Source: Mobula hypostoma
Taxonomy: Eukaryota
DNA: 64,000 bases
Direction: 5' to 3'
Assembly: GCF_963921235.1 (NCBI RefSeq)
Contig: NC_086108.1
Location: 22,568,001 to 22,632,000, forward strand
This document shows, in pieces, positions 13,522 through 28,081 of this stretch. Both the position numbers and the translations under genes were made by a program. Position 1 is the stretch's first letter, and every line of letters starts with the position of its first letter. Below the pieces are notes generated by a model. That model made no database searches. It saw only the letters and a list, made by a program, of their open reading frames with translations, and was not told the DNA's origin.

Positions 13522-13959
13522 GTGAGGCAGTATATTCTGTTCAGCTCAAAGAAGCTCTGACAATGGAGGTGAGGAGAGAGGGGAATAGAAGGGATTGAAG
13601 GTTTTTTTTCCCACCACAGAGGGTGATTGGAGTCTGGAATATTCTGCCTGAAATAGAAATGGTGGCCTATACTCCCACTACATTAAGAACCATCTTGACA
13701 AGGAGAATGGCATAGAAAACTACAGATCAAATGTGGTTAAGTGGGATTAACATAGATGGGTACAGCAGCTAGCATGAGCATTGTGGGCTGAAGGGCCTGT
13801 TTCTGTGCTGTATGATTATAATATCTTATGGTGCGATTCTCTCACTAGATATCTTGCTTCAGGTTGAATAACTTGTGGTTTCAGCTTGTGTAGAATTGGT
13901 TTATTGTAAGAGGACAGAGCAGTTCACCACTTGAATTGTGGAATTGAACACTGAAGATT

Positions 13960-14450
13960 ATTTTTAGATAAAAAGGATAAAATAATTGAAAATTTGAAGG
14001 TTTGAATGATGAATGGAAGATTGAGCAAAAAGGGGATATTAGAAAAGAATGATGCCCCAGAAGACTGACAACTCCTCACTCCAACGACTAATATTTCAGA
14101 CTTTTAAAGGGGAATAGATAAGACAATTGCAGATATCTTGACTAGAATCTACCATGTTTCCCTTCATTCAAGAATTACCTTTTAGATTGGAAGACTTCCA
14201 ATGTAATTACATTACATAAGAAATTTGTCAATTATGAACATATTAGTTTCTTATGGGAAGCTAGTAAAATATATAAAATGAAGCCGTGGCTGGTTGCTCC
14301 AAGAAATCCAATCTGATTTGACAGAGCCAGTATGGATTTGTTAATGGATATTTCCAACAAGTTGAATTGATTGTTTTGAGGAATTACAGATATGATAAAC
14401 GGAAGAAACTTATGGACATGGTTTATATTGGTTTACAAAAGTTCTACACC
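13960..14450 (+). mobile_element. Highly decayed CR1 ORF2 fragment
   Basis: gattggaagacttccaatgtaattacattacataag and agccagtatggatttg match the CR1 DW..ANV / SQHGF region. Confidence 0.55.
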
Positions 14451-14927
14451 AGCTGGGGATTTGAGATCTAAGTATGTACCATATGTGCACAGCACTGCAG
14501 TAATTTTATGTATTGCACTGTACTACTGCAAAAACGAAATAAATTTCATGACATGCGTGAGTGATGATAAACCTGATTCTGATCTGGGTCTCTATTGTGG
14601 ACTGAGAGTGGGAAAGGGTCAGGGAGAGGAGAATCATGGCTGAGAAAAGGGGAAGGGAGAGGGAGTGGGAACCACCAGAGAGACATTCAATAAATAATTG
14701 TTTGGTATCAATTGACCTAGCCTGGTGTCTCAGGGATGGGTGTGTCTGCACTCACACCACCCCCCTGCCCCTGGCATTCCTCTGCCATTCCTCCACATCC
14801 CTCCTGTAGTGTTCTACCCTCGCCATTTCCAACATCTTTTTTCCTGCCAGATTTGCAAACTTGCTGTCTACTCGATGTAAGTGGAAGAAAACTGGGGGGA
14901 GTTAATGGTAGGTTGGGGAGTGTAAAG

Positions 14928-15014
14928 CAGAGGTTCCCAACCTTTTTTTTTTAAAATGCCATGGACCCCTACCATTAACTGAGGGATCTGTGGACTCCAG
15001 CTTGGGATCCCCTG
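14928..15014. mobile_element. hAT (Charlie-like) MITE
   Basis: CAGAGGTTCCCAACC...GCTTGGGATCCCCTG termini; 8 bp TSD gtgtaaag/gtgtaaat. Confidence 0.8.
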
Positions 15015-15222
15015 GTGTAAATGGTTGTTTGATGGTCATCGGGGGCTGAGGAATCTGTTTCTGCACTACACAACTACCACTGTCTGTCATGGTGGTGGAA
15101 GCAGATGTAAAAGGGATTTGAATGGGCACTTTGCAGGATTTCAGGGTGAGGGAGGTTGATTGGTATTCAATAGATCACTGGCTTGTCAAGTCATCAGGAT
15201 AGTAACAGTGTTTTCTCTGCAG

Positions 15223-15346
15223 CCCATCGGATGCGACGGCCTCCTTTATTCCTCCAAAAGACTGGATAAATGTGGACTGTGTGGCGGCGATGGCAGCACC
15301 TGTTTCCGGATCTCAGGCACCTATCGACGAGGCATCACACACTTAG
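15223..15346 (+). CDS. adamtsl7: ADAMTSL2-family exon ([42 protein letters not shown])
   Basis: ttttctctgcag acceptor, gttaga donor, phase 0->1; ADAMTS GCDG..S...DKCG.CGGDGS.C signature. Confidence 0.92.
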
Positions 15347-16443
15347 GTTAGAATGCAGTTTGGTTTTGTGTTTGTCTCTCAGATTAACAGTGGGTATTCA
15401 TGGGGGTGAAAGGCATCCTGACATTGTGAGAGGTAATAGTAACTGGTTTATCATTGTCATGTGTACTGAGAGACAGTGAGAAGTTTTTTGTGTGCCATCC
15501 AGATAGGTCATGCCATTTGTGATTACAATGAGATAACAAACACAAAGAAATGCAAAGTGCAGTGTAATTATAGAGAAGGTGCAGTGCAGGTGCACAGTAA
15601 GGGTCAGGGCTACGACAAGGTGGATTAGGGGGCCAAGAGTTCATCTGATAACGGTAGGATTGAAGTAATCCTCAAGTCTGGTGGTGCGTGCTCTCGGGCT
15701 TCTGATGTGTTGGGGGGCGGGGAGAGAGGACGGTGAGAATGACTGGGGTGGGAGTGGGTCCTTGATCATGTTAGCTGCTTTCCTGAGTTGTTTTAATATC
15801 AATCCTGTGGAGTCTCTTGTTCTCACTTATCATTTTGGATCACTGTGGATTAACCATTTTCCCCCGGGATCAATAAAGTATGACTATGACTATAACATTG
15901 AATGGAAACCATGGATTGACTGAGCCATCAGATCATGCGAACAGTGGCTTGGCTTTGTAAAGTGCCTCAGACATCACAAAATCTAACCTAATATTTAACA
16001 GGCTTGTCTTCAGATAAAAATTGAACAGAACAACAGAAAGATATTTTCCCCGCAAGAAGGACACATTAGAATTAGTGACTAGAAGCTGTGTCAAGGAAGG
16101 AGGTTATAAGAGATTTACTGAAAAGATGTAGGAAGGTTTGAGGAGGGAATTCCTAAGCTTTCTTCTTAAACGGCTGTAGGCACTGATGTCAAGTTTGAGG
16201 TGAAGGGAGTGAGGACTGTTTGGAAAGCCAGTGTAATATGAATGCGGTATTTGGTATTTACCAACCAGTCACGCAAAATGTGACTAAAACTTGTCTGCAA
16301 CCCCTGGAGAAGTTTCTCTGCGATTGAAGGTCAGAAATCCATGTTAGGCTAGGGTTTAATTGCACCAGACACTTCTTAATGGTTGCATTCAGAGGTAGTG
16401 GAAGTGATTGGGGTTTGATGTCCTCATCTTCTTTATACTGCAG

Positions 16444-16524
16444 GTTACCTCTTTATTACAAACATTCCTGTTGGTGCTTCTGACATCCAAATAATTGAAC
16501 GGAGAAAAACAGAAAATATTCTAG
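16444..16524 (+). CDS. adamtsl7: ADAMTSL2-family exon, spacer start (GYLFITNIPVGASDIQIIERRKTENIL)
   Basis: ctgcag acceptor, gtaatt donor, 81 bp, phase 1->1; spacer IP.GA..I motif. Not in the ORF track. Confidence 0.92.
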
Positions 16525-16646
16525 GTAATTCTGCTAAATCGTTTCATACTTTTTAATCCCTTTTCCCCTCACCTCTTCCTTCCTTACGAACAACACAATA
16601 TATATTATTGCTTTCCTTTTCTCTCGGCCCCCCCCCCCCCCCAAAG

Positions 16647-16822
16647 CTCTTGCAGATGAAGGTGGCTACTTTTTCTTTAATGGGAACACAGCGATTGACA
16701 ATCCTCGGAATTTTCGAGTGGCCGGTACGGTGTTCAAGTACAGACGACCTGCGAATCCGCTGTCTGATGGCTTTGAATACATTATTGCCCAAGGACCAAC
16801 CAACCAAGGACTGAATGTGATG
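16647..16822 (+). CDS. adamtsl7: ADAMTSL2-family exon, spacer ([59 protein letters not shown])
   Basis: aag acceptor after a C15 tract, gtacgt donor, phase 1->0; [12 protein letters not shown] as I recall it from ADAMTSL2. Confidence 0.92.
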
Positions 16823-19800
16823 GTACGTAACACAGATAACACCCCGAGCAGGCGCTATACCTTTTGCTCAGAAGTTTATACCCTCTGTGTGCTCAATGCC
16901 AGTCACCTGAACCCATAGGTTAATTGTATGTCCTATCAACAAGTACTTAGTATAAGAGCCAGAAATAGATGGGAATGTACAAGTAAAGGACAATAGACTT
17001 TGCATGGAAAGAGGGTAACCTCTAATCTCAGGAGAAGCAGGACCACTGCCTTGAAATATTGTTCCTTGTCATCTTTTAATTTGAAATTTTTTTTAATTTC
17101 CACTTATAAATTAGGCCTGTTGCTATGGTTCTGTTCCAGCTGTTGGTTATTTCCTGGACTTAATTGAGTACTTAACTGGAACACAACAAATCTATCCTTT
17201 CTGTGTGTGCAATGCTACTGGGCATTGATGTGCACCAGCCTCACTGACTTTTTTTTCCCCCATTAGTCTCTCTGTACCTTAGGACACATAACCGTTTGTA
17301 CAGCTCAAGCTGTCCTAAATCTGCCTCAGGCAGACCAGGTATTGACGGATGGAATTGAAGAATGATGCAGCACATACCTATATGTGTAGCTCTCAGCTCA
17401 TTGTGATGAAACTGGATCATTTAAAGACGTGCATTTGCTTGTTCTATATTAAAAACAATAGTGTGCAATGCTTCCTCTTCAAATACTGCATTTATATTGC
17501 TATTGAAAACTTCCACCACCCTTTCAGATAACTCCATCTTACCCCTGGTTTTTAATTCCAAGTATTTTGAAGCCACATGAATTCACATCTCCCTGCATTG
17601 TCTTCCCAAAAAAAAGCACAAATCTAGCTATTTCAGTCTGACCATACAGTTGACCTCCAGTACACGATGAACTGTGCTATCAGTCATATGTGCTAGCGGT
17701 TAAGGGGTTAGTTGGTGTGAAGCTGCCATTTGTAGGATTGGGGGTTGAATTCTTCAGTCAAAATCCAGCCTAAACTCACCAGTACTCCCTTAAAGCCTGC
17801 CCAGAATTAGACCCAGTTCTCTAATGATTTAGAAAGGAGTCTCATAATTCCAAGCACGGCACACATAAATTACATAAGCTTAAATAACCTTAATTATACA
17901 TAACTTGCATGACAAAATAAACAAAAATAAATAATGACATCAGTGCAAATTGAGGGAAATCTAGTCTAAGGTACAATTAGGGTTTTCCGCTCAGTTCACC
18001 AAGGCTCTCTCATCTTCCTGCTATTGTGACCTTAAATTCAAAGTCTCGCAACACTTCACCACCCCCCCCCCCTTTTTGTCAAGAATTGTTCCATATTTTC
18101 CTTCAAAATATTTAAAGACATCAGTTTTGGGCAAGAGTTTTCCTAAGACCATGATAATGAGGGGAAAATATCTTTTCATCTCTGTTAAAATAGTAGCCTT
18201 TTTGTCTTTTAAACAGTGAGTCCTATTTCTACATTTACAGAAGAGGAAACAACCTCTTCATGTCCACCATGCAAAGATACATCAAGATTTTAATTCTTTA
18301 ATCAATCTCCTCTGAGTGTTGTAAAATCTGGTAGTTACAGATTTTCTAATAGAATAACTGACCATTCCTGGTATTAGTTCTGTGGGCTTCCCACACATTT
18401 TGTTCCATAAAAGTCAGCAATTGCGATCCCAAGAGAAAACCACAGCACGCTTCCCTCCACTCTGATAAACATTATTCAGCTCCAGTCTCTGAATTTTGTC
18501 TCTGCCAGTTTTATATCTATGTTGGTAATGCTTTACTCCCAGATATCAACTTTCTTAACTCTAATAATGTGGTAAATTACTGTGGAAAATGTATTGTACA
18601 GATAAGAAGTCTGAAGGCATGTAAGCCCTTGCTGTTATTTAGACTTGTAGGGTAGTACAGTGTAGAAATGGACCTTCTGCCCAGCTCATCCATACTAACC
18701 AAAATTTCTATCTAAGCTAGACCCATTCGTTCACATAAGCAAATAATTGTAATGAGTTAAAAATCCAATTTGCCTTCCTTGTATGGATTGGCTAGTCAGC
18801 ATCTTTAGCTGCCAATTCTCATGAAAGTTATGTAGCTGAGAGGTAATAGATTGAAGATGGTTTTTCAAACTAAATGCATATTAAATTACTGACCACTACA
18901 TACCCATAGTATGCTGCGTATCTCTATCTCGTGTATGTGAGATTATCTGACTCATTGCTATAGTTGTCTCCTTTGATAATTTTCAAAGCATTTGCTAAAA
19001 AAATAGCAGATTTTGGAGCTCCAAATTTGAAGTATTTTGGGAGATGCATTATTTTAAGATTGTGGTTGATGAGGTAAAACTGGCTGAATGAAATGGAGAG
19101 ATCTAAAACTCTCCCTCCCAGCTCTTTTAGGAATTTATTAATGTCAGTTCATCTGCCAGAAACTGCATCTTACAATGGTAATCAATATTTCATTGTTCAG
19201 TAAAGAAATGAACACTCTATAGGACACACAGAGTAAGCTTTCACTGGTTCTTGGGTTTCATTTTTGCTGACCTTTCTTGAGAACAGAAGATGAGGGCTAG
19301 ACATATACCCAGGGTGAGTTTGGGAAGTGCTGTCTATGTCAGGACTTCCTGCCTCCAATTTCCACCCCCACACTCCTGCCATTGGTTGCCCATCAGAAGA
19401 TGACCCGCTGTAGCAGGAAGTGAATAGATTCTCCTTTCCAAGTTTGGATATTTTGACCATCAAACAAGCTGAGTATTTTCTCCACAACTAATATCTTTAC
19501 AATTGACAAAATGGTTTATTGTTGTCACACATGTCCGGTGAAAAACTTGTTTTGCATAGTGTTCATACAGATCAATTAATTTCAACGGTGCATTGAGATA
19601 GTACAAGGGAAAGCAATAACTGATGCAGAATAAAGTGTTACAATTACAGAGAAAGTGCAGTATGGGCAGGCAATAAGGTGCAAGGTTATAATGAGGCTGA
19701 TTGTTTAAATAAAATTTATAGAAGTGATTTTTTTATATTGCTTTTACTGTTAGTGCCCTTGAGATAGGCTGTAGTTCCTGAAGACTCTGGGGTCATCTTA

Positions 19801-22800
19801 CAAAATTGTGAATTCTGTCTTGAGCCAGTGGCCATTTCACTCTGCAGAATGATATCTTAGTAACATTCCCACCTCTAAACCAGAAAGTTGCTGGTTCAAC
19901 TCCTCCTTGATTTGATCAGACACACATAACAGATATTGATGTAGTTATATGTCTTGGGTGAGAATTATCTTGTAGATGAGCATTAAACCAAAAACCTACT
20001 TATCTGCCTGTTTTGATTATATGAAACATGTGATACTGGCACAGAACAGCAAGGGTGCCTTTCAGTCTCTTGAGCAACATTTATTCGGTAAACAAGTCAA
20101 TTGGAGTTTTGCTTAATTGTCATTTCTGAGACCTCGCTCTGCTTAAATCGCTGTTCTCTTTGCTTGTGTTTTTAAAAAAAACCTGAGGTAATTGTTAGGT
20201 TCCAAAATATTCTCAGATCCTCTCAGGTCATAATGGAACATTGAAATCCTGGTTCTTTCAAGCAATTTTTTCCATTACAGCTTTGTTTTCTCCATTCAGC
20301 TACATAATAAGGGAAATTGGGAATCTGTGCGCTTGACTGCATGATGTAAAGCAAAGGCAACAAGGCACAGACCTATCCATTATTATCAGTGGATTCTGGG
20401 CAAAATGGAACATTCAAAACTTTGCATTACTTTTGCAAACACTGTGAAGGAATGTCAGCACTAGATCTCACCTGGTGCCAAATGATTCCCCAAGCTGTCA
20501 CTGTTCTTCAGAACAATTTTCCAATCAATGAGTTCCAAACATTCAATAAGCTGAGACTGTTGAATTTACACATCATAAATGTTGCTGCCAAATTCATGTT
20601 GCTTTCTCCCCATCCCCACCCTGTCAAGTGAACTGCTGCACTGGGTTGTTGATCCATAGCGTCAGAGGCTGAAGAGATCATTTGAGAGGAGCACGGCTGA
20701 AATTGAGGTGGTAGCTGAGAGGGCCACTGAGTTATTGACCAGGTCAAAGAGGACCAGGTATAAGACAGTGAAATGCTTTAGTTGCAGGCTTTCCATGACT
20801 TGGCTGCTCTTTTCTCTCTGATTTGGATTCATTGTCCTGATCTCTCCTGAGAAGAAGGCAGCTGATGTCAGCCTGCTGTTTAAAATTAACACAATTGCTC
20901 ATCCATGCACTCTTCATGTGTGTCTGCCAGAATCTTGGAACACATCATTTTAGCAGTTTTATGAGCGCTCTTTCATTGCATGGACTTCATTGGTTTAAGA
21001 AGGTGGCACGCCAACAGCATTTGTTTTGAAAAATGACAAGATGCAGGCGATAAATGCAGATCTTACCAGGAAGGCCTGAACCGCAGCAGTTGAATATAAA
21101 GGAAATGCTTAAAGCTGCCATGCGCTTTCTCAGTGAAGCCTCAGTCCTGTAAACAGCCCTAGTCAGAAACAATAGTAGGCCGAACCATGAAGCTGGAATG
21201 AAATGGGAGGAATTTCTTGTTGGTGGAGGACACCACCTCCATGAAGTCTGGAGCAGTTGTCTCTGATGTAGGCACTGAGAAATTAAGTCAGAGAAATCTT
21301 TTGAAGTGTTTTTTTTAAAAAAAACAATGAGCAAACAAAATCTGTTAAGGCAGTAATTCCTCATGTAGGTTCTTGTCCCCTTAGACTGGCTTCCTCATTT
21401 CAAATGTAGCTTTTGGAAAGTTTTGAATGTTGCCTTTGCTACTGAAGAGCTAACATGCAATGTGAATCCAGCATTAACTCTTGGATTGTGCTTCTGACAA
21501 CAATCTCTTCATCTTATGATGTTATAGGTCAGCAGTCCTGAGGAGCAGTTCATTTGACAGGAGGGGAGCAACATCTGTTTTGGCAATAAAATTTAAGGTA
21601 TATATTGAGGATTTTGCATCTGTAAATTTGTGATTATGACATGTCTTTCATCGACTTAACTTACCGCTCCCTGTCCTTGGTTTTTGTGAATTATTTTTTT
21701 AAATCAATTTTCTTGATATTGTGTTGAGTGAACTCCTTTCCCATCAGGTAAAATTAGCCAGTGCTCAGATAGGGACTGCGTTAATAAAATATGATGCTTT
21801 TTAACATAAATTTGCTGTGATGTTAAAAGGATTTGTTGTTCTTATTTACACATTGTGGTGGCAATATACTGTCTAACTGCATTAGTCCAAAATGCCAAGA
21901 GTGCATGTCTGACTTTATAAATAGATGACATGTTGTGCAAAAACAAAGTCAGTTAAACCTTTCACAAGATATTGTTTTGTCCTTGGCTCGAGTATTTGAT
22001 CTAATTCCAAATGGCACTGTGAATGGAGAAGTAGGAGGGGAAATTCATTGACGTGTAGATCAGAGAGCTCAGTGATTTGAGGGAATTACTGGAATCTTTC
22101 TCCTCGGAGCAGAGGAAATTTAGAGGATTTGAACATCAGACAGGTGCTTTTTTAATTGGCAGGGTAGTGAGAAATGAGGTGGAACAGTTTTATGAAATGC
22201 AATGTGATCTAGAATGTACTGCCTAAAATGATTGAAGAAAGGGATTCAATAATGGTTGAAAGGGAATGTGATAACCGTATGATAAGGAAGAAGTTGCAGG
22301 GGTATGGGGGGGAAGAGAGAGAGATTGTAACTGGAAACATTCAGATAGTTCTTTTGGTGAACCAGCACGGTCATGATGGTGGGGTGGGGAGTGGGGGTGT
22401 GGGGAGGCATCTTTACCGGAAACATTCAGGTACTTCCTTCAGTGATGTCATGATGGACCAAGTACTCCTTTGGTGCCACATTATTCATCAGTATTTCTGT
22501 TGGAGCCTATGGAAATTGGAGTTGAAGCACATTTTGTGGTTTCAGTTTATGTTAAAATGATTCATTGAGTGCACATTAAAGATGCTACTGCTTTAAACCC
22601 GGAGCAGCACTTCCCCACTGTGCCAGACAGTCATATCTTTATCTCACTTCTCATTTTCATTGTTTTCCCACCTGATGTATTCCAAAGTACTGACAGTTCA
22701 GGCTGACCCAACTTGCACAGCTCACAGGAGCGCATCCATCTCATTTGCACTTGAGTGGAACTCCGAAAGATGAAAGGACAGAGTGCCACCCATTGACGTC

Positions 22801-24033
22801 TAGAGTGCAGTTTACAGATGCGGGCCCCATAACCCTCCCCGTTGTCCCTTTTTGATCTGTCTCCAGTCATTATAGATGATGCAGGTTTCTCTAGCTGACT
22901 TTTATAATCTGTAAACTTTCTTGAGTTACCTGCCACCTGGTTCAGAGCAAAGAGCTTCCTGCTCTGCTTTCCCCAGTCTATGGCACAACCTAACCCCAGC
23001 CGAGCATCCTGAAGACAGTCATGTGGTATTTGCAAATCCCCAAACTCCCATTGCTTTGACCTCTTAAGTTTGTAGGTACCTTCCCAACAGGACTGACTGT
23101 TGAGTTCCTGAAGGAATTACATACAGGGTGCCCAGGCATATTCCATAAGCAGAATTGTGGCAATTATCAACTACATTTTTGTGAGGTGGGTTAGAAGGAT
23201 ATTGAAGTGTATTTTAAATTTTCCTTATCTAGCCCAGTCTGTTTGTAGAGTCTGACACTTTTCTTAATGGGCTATAGTTGGCACAGACTGCAAGGTTGAT
23301 ATTTTGCAGACAGGTTTACAGATGGAAGAGATGCCAAGGGATCTTTAAGATTGATTTGCTTTACGCATCACGTCTGGAATTCTTTCCCAATTGCAGTTTA
23401 GACTGGAGACTGTTTTCAGCTCTCTGGGATGTGGTGCAAATCTGCAACCTCAGCCATGGAGAGGAGATTGCTAAAATTAGTTCACAGATAACACAATGAA
23501 ATTAATTTTGTGTTTGAAGCATTTCTCCAAACAGGGTGTTATAAGGCAAAGAAAAAGTTTGTCAGGCAGGCAGTAAGCACAAAGGTGGGGAAGTATTTTG
23601 CAATATTCAGACCTCTCATCCCCAATGAGTGGGATGAGGAGATTGTGCAAACACATGTTTAGACAGGGGAAGTGACAACAGAGGAAAATTGAGAATGGCA
23701 GGACCCTCTTGCTATTGGGAAAGCAGCAAATCACAAGAAAGATCACGTTAGGAATTTGTTAGGAAATACAGGTGAAAAACACTTGAACCCTCCATCTGTT
23801 CAGTCCTAATCATGGAAATCTAGAGCTCATTCCAATAATCAACTAACAATCTCTCCATTTTCCTTCTTCACACTCTTAACCCTATTTAATCTTCTTGGTG
23901 CCAAATGTCATTGGATATCTTCTCCTCTGCTTAGCTTGAGATCAGTGCTAGTATTCTCGTAGCAAGGGTAGAGTTATTCCAAGGTGACTTTGTGCCTCTC
24001 CAGTTATAATTCTTTCTCTTTCTGCTAAACCAG

Positions 24034-24211
24034 TACTACAACTTGAATGGGAAGATGCCACACGTAACGTATGAGTACACGATCCCGCGGCCACCTGTGT
24101 TGAAGTCTGCACCGCCCGATCAGAGTCCTTTCTACTTCAGTGTTCCTGAGTCTAAGTATGAAGATGGTGACAACAACTGGCATCAAGTCAAGCTCCACTC
24201 AGGCCCTAATG
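24034..24211 (+). CDS. adamtsl7: ADAMTSL2-family exon, spacer end and linker (YYNLNGKMPHVTYEYTIPRPP...HSGPN)
   Basis: Pyrimidine tract plus ccag acceptor, phase 0. The G|gtgagg donor at 24212 gives phase 1, matching the next exon; the 3' boundary is inferred. Confidence 0.82.
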
Positions 24212-24721
24212 GTGAGGCATTGCTTCTCAATGACGCTGTTTATGGTAGCTTAAGTGAGATCACAGTGATAAAGCATGACAATAACTTCTGTCCCAACCTG
24301 TACTGAAGCACAGTACCTCTCTCTCAATGAATCAAAGTGCCTGACATCCTATCGCTCAGCTTACAAATCAGAAAATGAATTCTGTGCAAAATGAATTCCA
24401 TGTGAACTGAACTTTGGAACAGTTCAGGAAGGAAGATTCAAACTTCAATTTCTCAAAAAAAAGTCATAGTAACACATAAAAATGGCTCTTTATAATATTT
24501 ACTTGTCTTTGTGATTTTAAATCATGTCTCCTCCAGCCTTAGTACCAGGGATTCCCAGAATATCTATTGTTTTCAGATTAAGGTGAAGATTTTGAGCCTG
24601 ACCCACATTTCAGTCAGTTTGTGGCAAATCTTATCACAAGCCCATCAAATGATTCTGCTTCAGTCGCTTGATACACTTACCCAGAACATAATTGGTGTCA
24701 GGGATGAGAATGCTACTGTCT

Positions 24722-25617
24722 TGTGAAATGTGAGGAGGATGTTATGAGAATGCAGGGTGACTTGGACAGGTTGGGTGAGTGGGCAGATGCATGGCAGATG
24801 CAGTTTAATGTGGATAAATGAGGTTATCCACTTTGGTGGCAAGAACAGGAAGGCAGATTACTATCTGAATGGTGTCAAGTTAGGAAAAGGGGAAGTACAA
24901 CGAGATCTGGGTGTCCTTGTTCATCAGTCACTGAAAGTCAGCATACAGGTACAGCAGGCAGTGAAGAAAGCTAATGGCATGTTAGCCTTCATAATAAGGG
25001 GAGTTGAGTATAGGAGCAAAGAGGTCCTTCTGCAGTTGCACAAGGCCCTGGTGAGACCCCACCTTGAGTATTGTGTGCAGTTTTGTTCTCCAAATTTGAG
25101 GAAGGACATTCTTGCTATGGAGGGAGTGCAGCGTAGGTTCACTGGGTTAATTCCAGGGATGGCGGGAATGTCATATGTTGAAAGATTGGAGTGATTGGGC
25201 TTGTATACACTGGAGTTTAGAAGGATGAGAGGGGATCTGATGGAAACATATAAGATTATTAAGGGATTGGACATGCTAGAGGGAGGAAACATGTTCCCAA
25301 TGTTGGGAATCCAGAACCAGAGGCCACAGTTTAAGAATAAGGGGTAGACAATTTAGAACGGAGTTGAGGAAAAACTTTTTCACACAGAGGGTTGTGGATC
25401 TGTGGAATGCTCTGCCTCAGAAGGCAGTGGAGGCCAATTCTCTGGATTCTTTCAAGAAAGAGTTAGATAGAGCTCTTAAAGATAGTGGAGTCAAGGGATA
25501 TGGGGAGAAGGCAGGAACAAGGTACTGATTGTGGATGATCAGCCATGATCACAGTGAATGGCGGTGCTGGCTCGAAGGGCCGAATGGCCTACTCCTGCAC
25601 CTATTGTCTATTGTCTT
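24722..25617 (+). mobile_element. CR1 LINE 3' fragment, relatively young
   Basis: EVIHFGGKNRKADYYLNG, RPHLEYCVQF; ends ggcctactcctgcacctattgtctattgtct. Confidence 0.92.
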
Positions 25618-26447
25618 ACATTTACATCTACCCACTATTCCCCACCTTCTCGTCAGTCACTTACTGATTATCTTCCAAGTGTTACCATCACCTCCTGTCA
25701 TTATTGTGGCATCTTCTCTATTCCAGTTTTTCCACACATACTACTTTGGCATCTGTCCTCTCTAGTCTCTTTTGAAACTACATTTTCCCTTTGCACCTTA
25801 ACCCTTTTTTTATTCATCCATGGAATCACATTTGGCATTAAACCGCCTATACTTGGGTCCACTGACCAAAACATTACACTCTGCTCTTCTTCCAGTAACC
25901 TAAGATCCATTACTATATGCATATTCCAGTTCTTTTAACGCATCTCCTCAGCCTTCCTCTCTTTACCAGGATTTTAAAAAAAAAAGGAACTATCTAAAAT
26001 TTTCACAATCCTGGCGCATTGAAACTCTTCAGAGTTATTGGAGCATTTTTGAAATGTTGTCATCAGTATGTTGTAGGAAAACATGGCACTGTGCTAGCTC
26101 CCCCAGAGAGCAGTGTGATTCATGGCCAGGTAATGGAAAGTCCCAAATTTCATAAAATCACAAATAGACCTTTATGCTTGTGCTGGCTCCCGACAAAGGG
26201 GTCTCCTGCTTGATCCCACACCTGTGCTTTTCATCTAAATTCCTGTCGGTTTCCCAGCCTTGAGGACTGCTTTCCAGCAAAGAAATCTCCAGCATAGCAT
26301 AGAAGGTAATGGGCTGAATGCTGTATGTATGTATATATGTGTGTGTGTGTGTGTGATTGTATAGTCATCAAAGATCTCACCGTTAAAGGAGTGGACATCG
26401 TCATCAGATTTCGATGGACAACCGAAGAAGAGTGTGAGTGTATGTTT

Positions 26448-26450
<3 letters not shown>

Positions 26451-26496
<46 letters not shown>
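26451..26496. repeat. (TA)23 microsatellite; short (TG)n at ~26337-26354
   Basis: Read directly from the sequence. Confidence 0.95.
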
Positions 26497-26500
<4 letters not shown>

Positions 26501-26949
26501 CAGTGAGATATGACTATGACTAAATATATTTGGTGACTTGGCCTTCTGCAGTAGAGACTTCCACAGTATTACCACCTCTGAGTGCAGACATTTCTCCTCA
26601 CCTCAGTTGTAAATCCTCTGAATCCTAAAACCCTGAACCCTGATTGCTGATGATCTCCCAGTCCAGGGAAGTATCCTGTCCACATCCTGCTCTGTCAGAA
26701 TTTCATATACCTCAATGAGACCTCTCTAATGAATACAAGCTCAGTCTATCTTCATATGACAGTCCCACCATTAATGGATTGAAAATCTTTGTTGTGCTCT
26801 CTCTGTAGAGCAAGTAAATCCTTTCTTTGGTAAGGAGATTAAAAGAGTAATGCGGATGTGGCCTTGCATATTTGCAATGATGGCCAACATACTTTTGAAA
26901 TTGGTGGCTTTACCTGCATGCTTGTTTACAGTGACACTAGATCTCATCA

Positions 26950-27145
26950 AGCAAAATGGGAGAGAAACAAGACCTTCAGTGACTGAGCCCATGCCAACCA
27001 TCAAGCACCCTATCCTAGAGGAAACCAGGGCACACAGGGGAAATAAAAACACAGGAGTCATGGAGAACATGCAAACTTCACTCAGACAGCACCTGAGGTC
27101 AGGATGGAACTGGGGTTCTGGTGTTGTGAGGCTCTACTAGCTGCC
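26950..27145 (-). mobile_element. Decayed tRNA-derived SINE (V-SINE/HE1-like)
   Basis: Minus strand has a B-box-like ccagttccatcctgacc followed by a gtctgagtgaagtttgcatgttctcc core. Confidence 0.6.
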
Positions 27146-28081
27146 TCTTGAGCTTCAACATTTCTGTCTTCCATCATTTAAATAATGCATTGACTGCCAC
27201 TTAAATAAAATACTGTTATAATAATATTACAATAACCACAATAAAATAATCATAGTGGTGGATTGATTAAAAGATTGTTCAGTTGTTGGCATAAATCAGG
27301 GGTTCTGGGCGCATAACAGGAGAGAGTGAGAACAGAAGCAGAGGTTCTCGGGCACGTGAAGCACTTAGTAAGGGATGGTAGTTAGTGCGAGTTAGCTGAT
27401 GGTAAATTGGGACTTTCCATTTGAAGCAGGATTGAACAGTGAAAAAGTGCAGGTGGGAGAAGGTGTTTGATTTGGTGTGCTGTAGGGTTTCACCAAGCAC
27501 TGCAGCCAGATTGCCCAGTAGGAGTGTTCTGATGAAGGATTGACATGTTTCAATTTAAACAAACACTTGTATTATAACAGAATCATTGCAAACAATTATA
27601 ATTTTCTTGTGGTCTGCTGAATGTGTGTGAAGTTCCATTCTTCTGTTGGTTTCTCCCTCTAAATGCCCTGTGTCTGTTTGCACCCATGTGTGGTATCATG
27701 GAGTGGTGGGTTATCTGTCCATTGTGTCCTCTACCTCCATGTGGAAATGAGAGATCAGTGCCTTTTGATAGATGCAAAAATCCTTTATCTTCAATGCCCT
27801 TGAAACACTTGTTTCAGAGTGGCAGAGTCTGGTGTACCTGTGGTCTGTTTCTGGTGCTGCAATTAAGTAGATATTTTTCACCACTAAAATTTACAAAAGC
27901 AAGTACATGAGTTGATATTTGCCACATAGTAAGAAAATGATGGGTGTGGGTTCAAAGGCTGGATGATCTAAGCGTACACCTACCTTCTTGTCATTAATCA
28001 GTTTGAATTGTATAAGAGTGCAGGTGTTTGCTTAACCAGCCATTTGAGGGATAAAATTCTAACACCATGTTCCCTCCTTAG

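Noticed and set aside
22631..23035. 134 aa minus-strand ORF as a possible nested gene
   Set aside because: No recognisable domain or supporting exon structure.
24212..24306. ORF continuation past the donor to TGA at 24306
   Set aside because: A strong phase-compatible donor at 24212 makes this intronic read-through; other donors are weaker.
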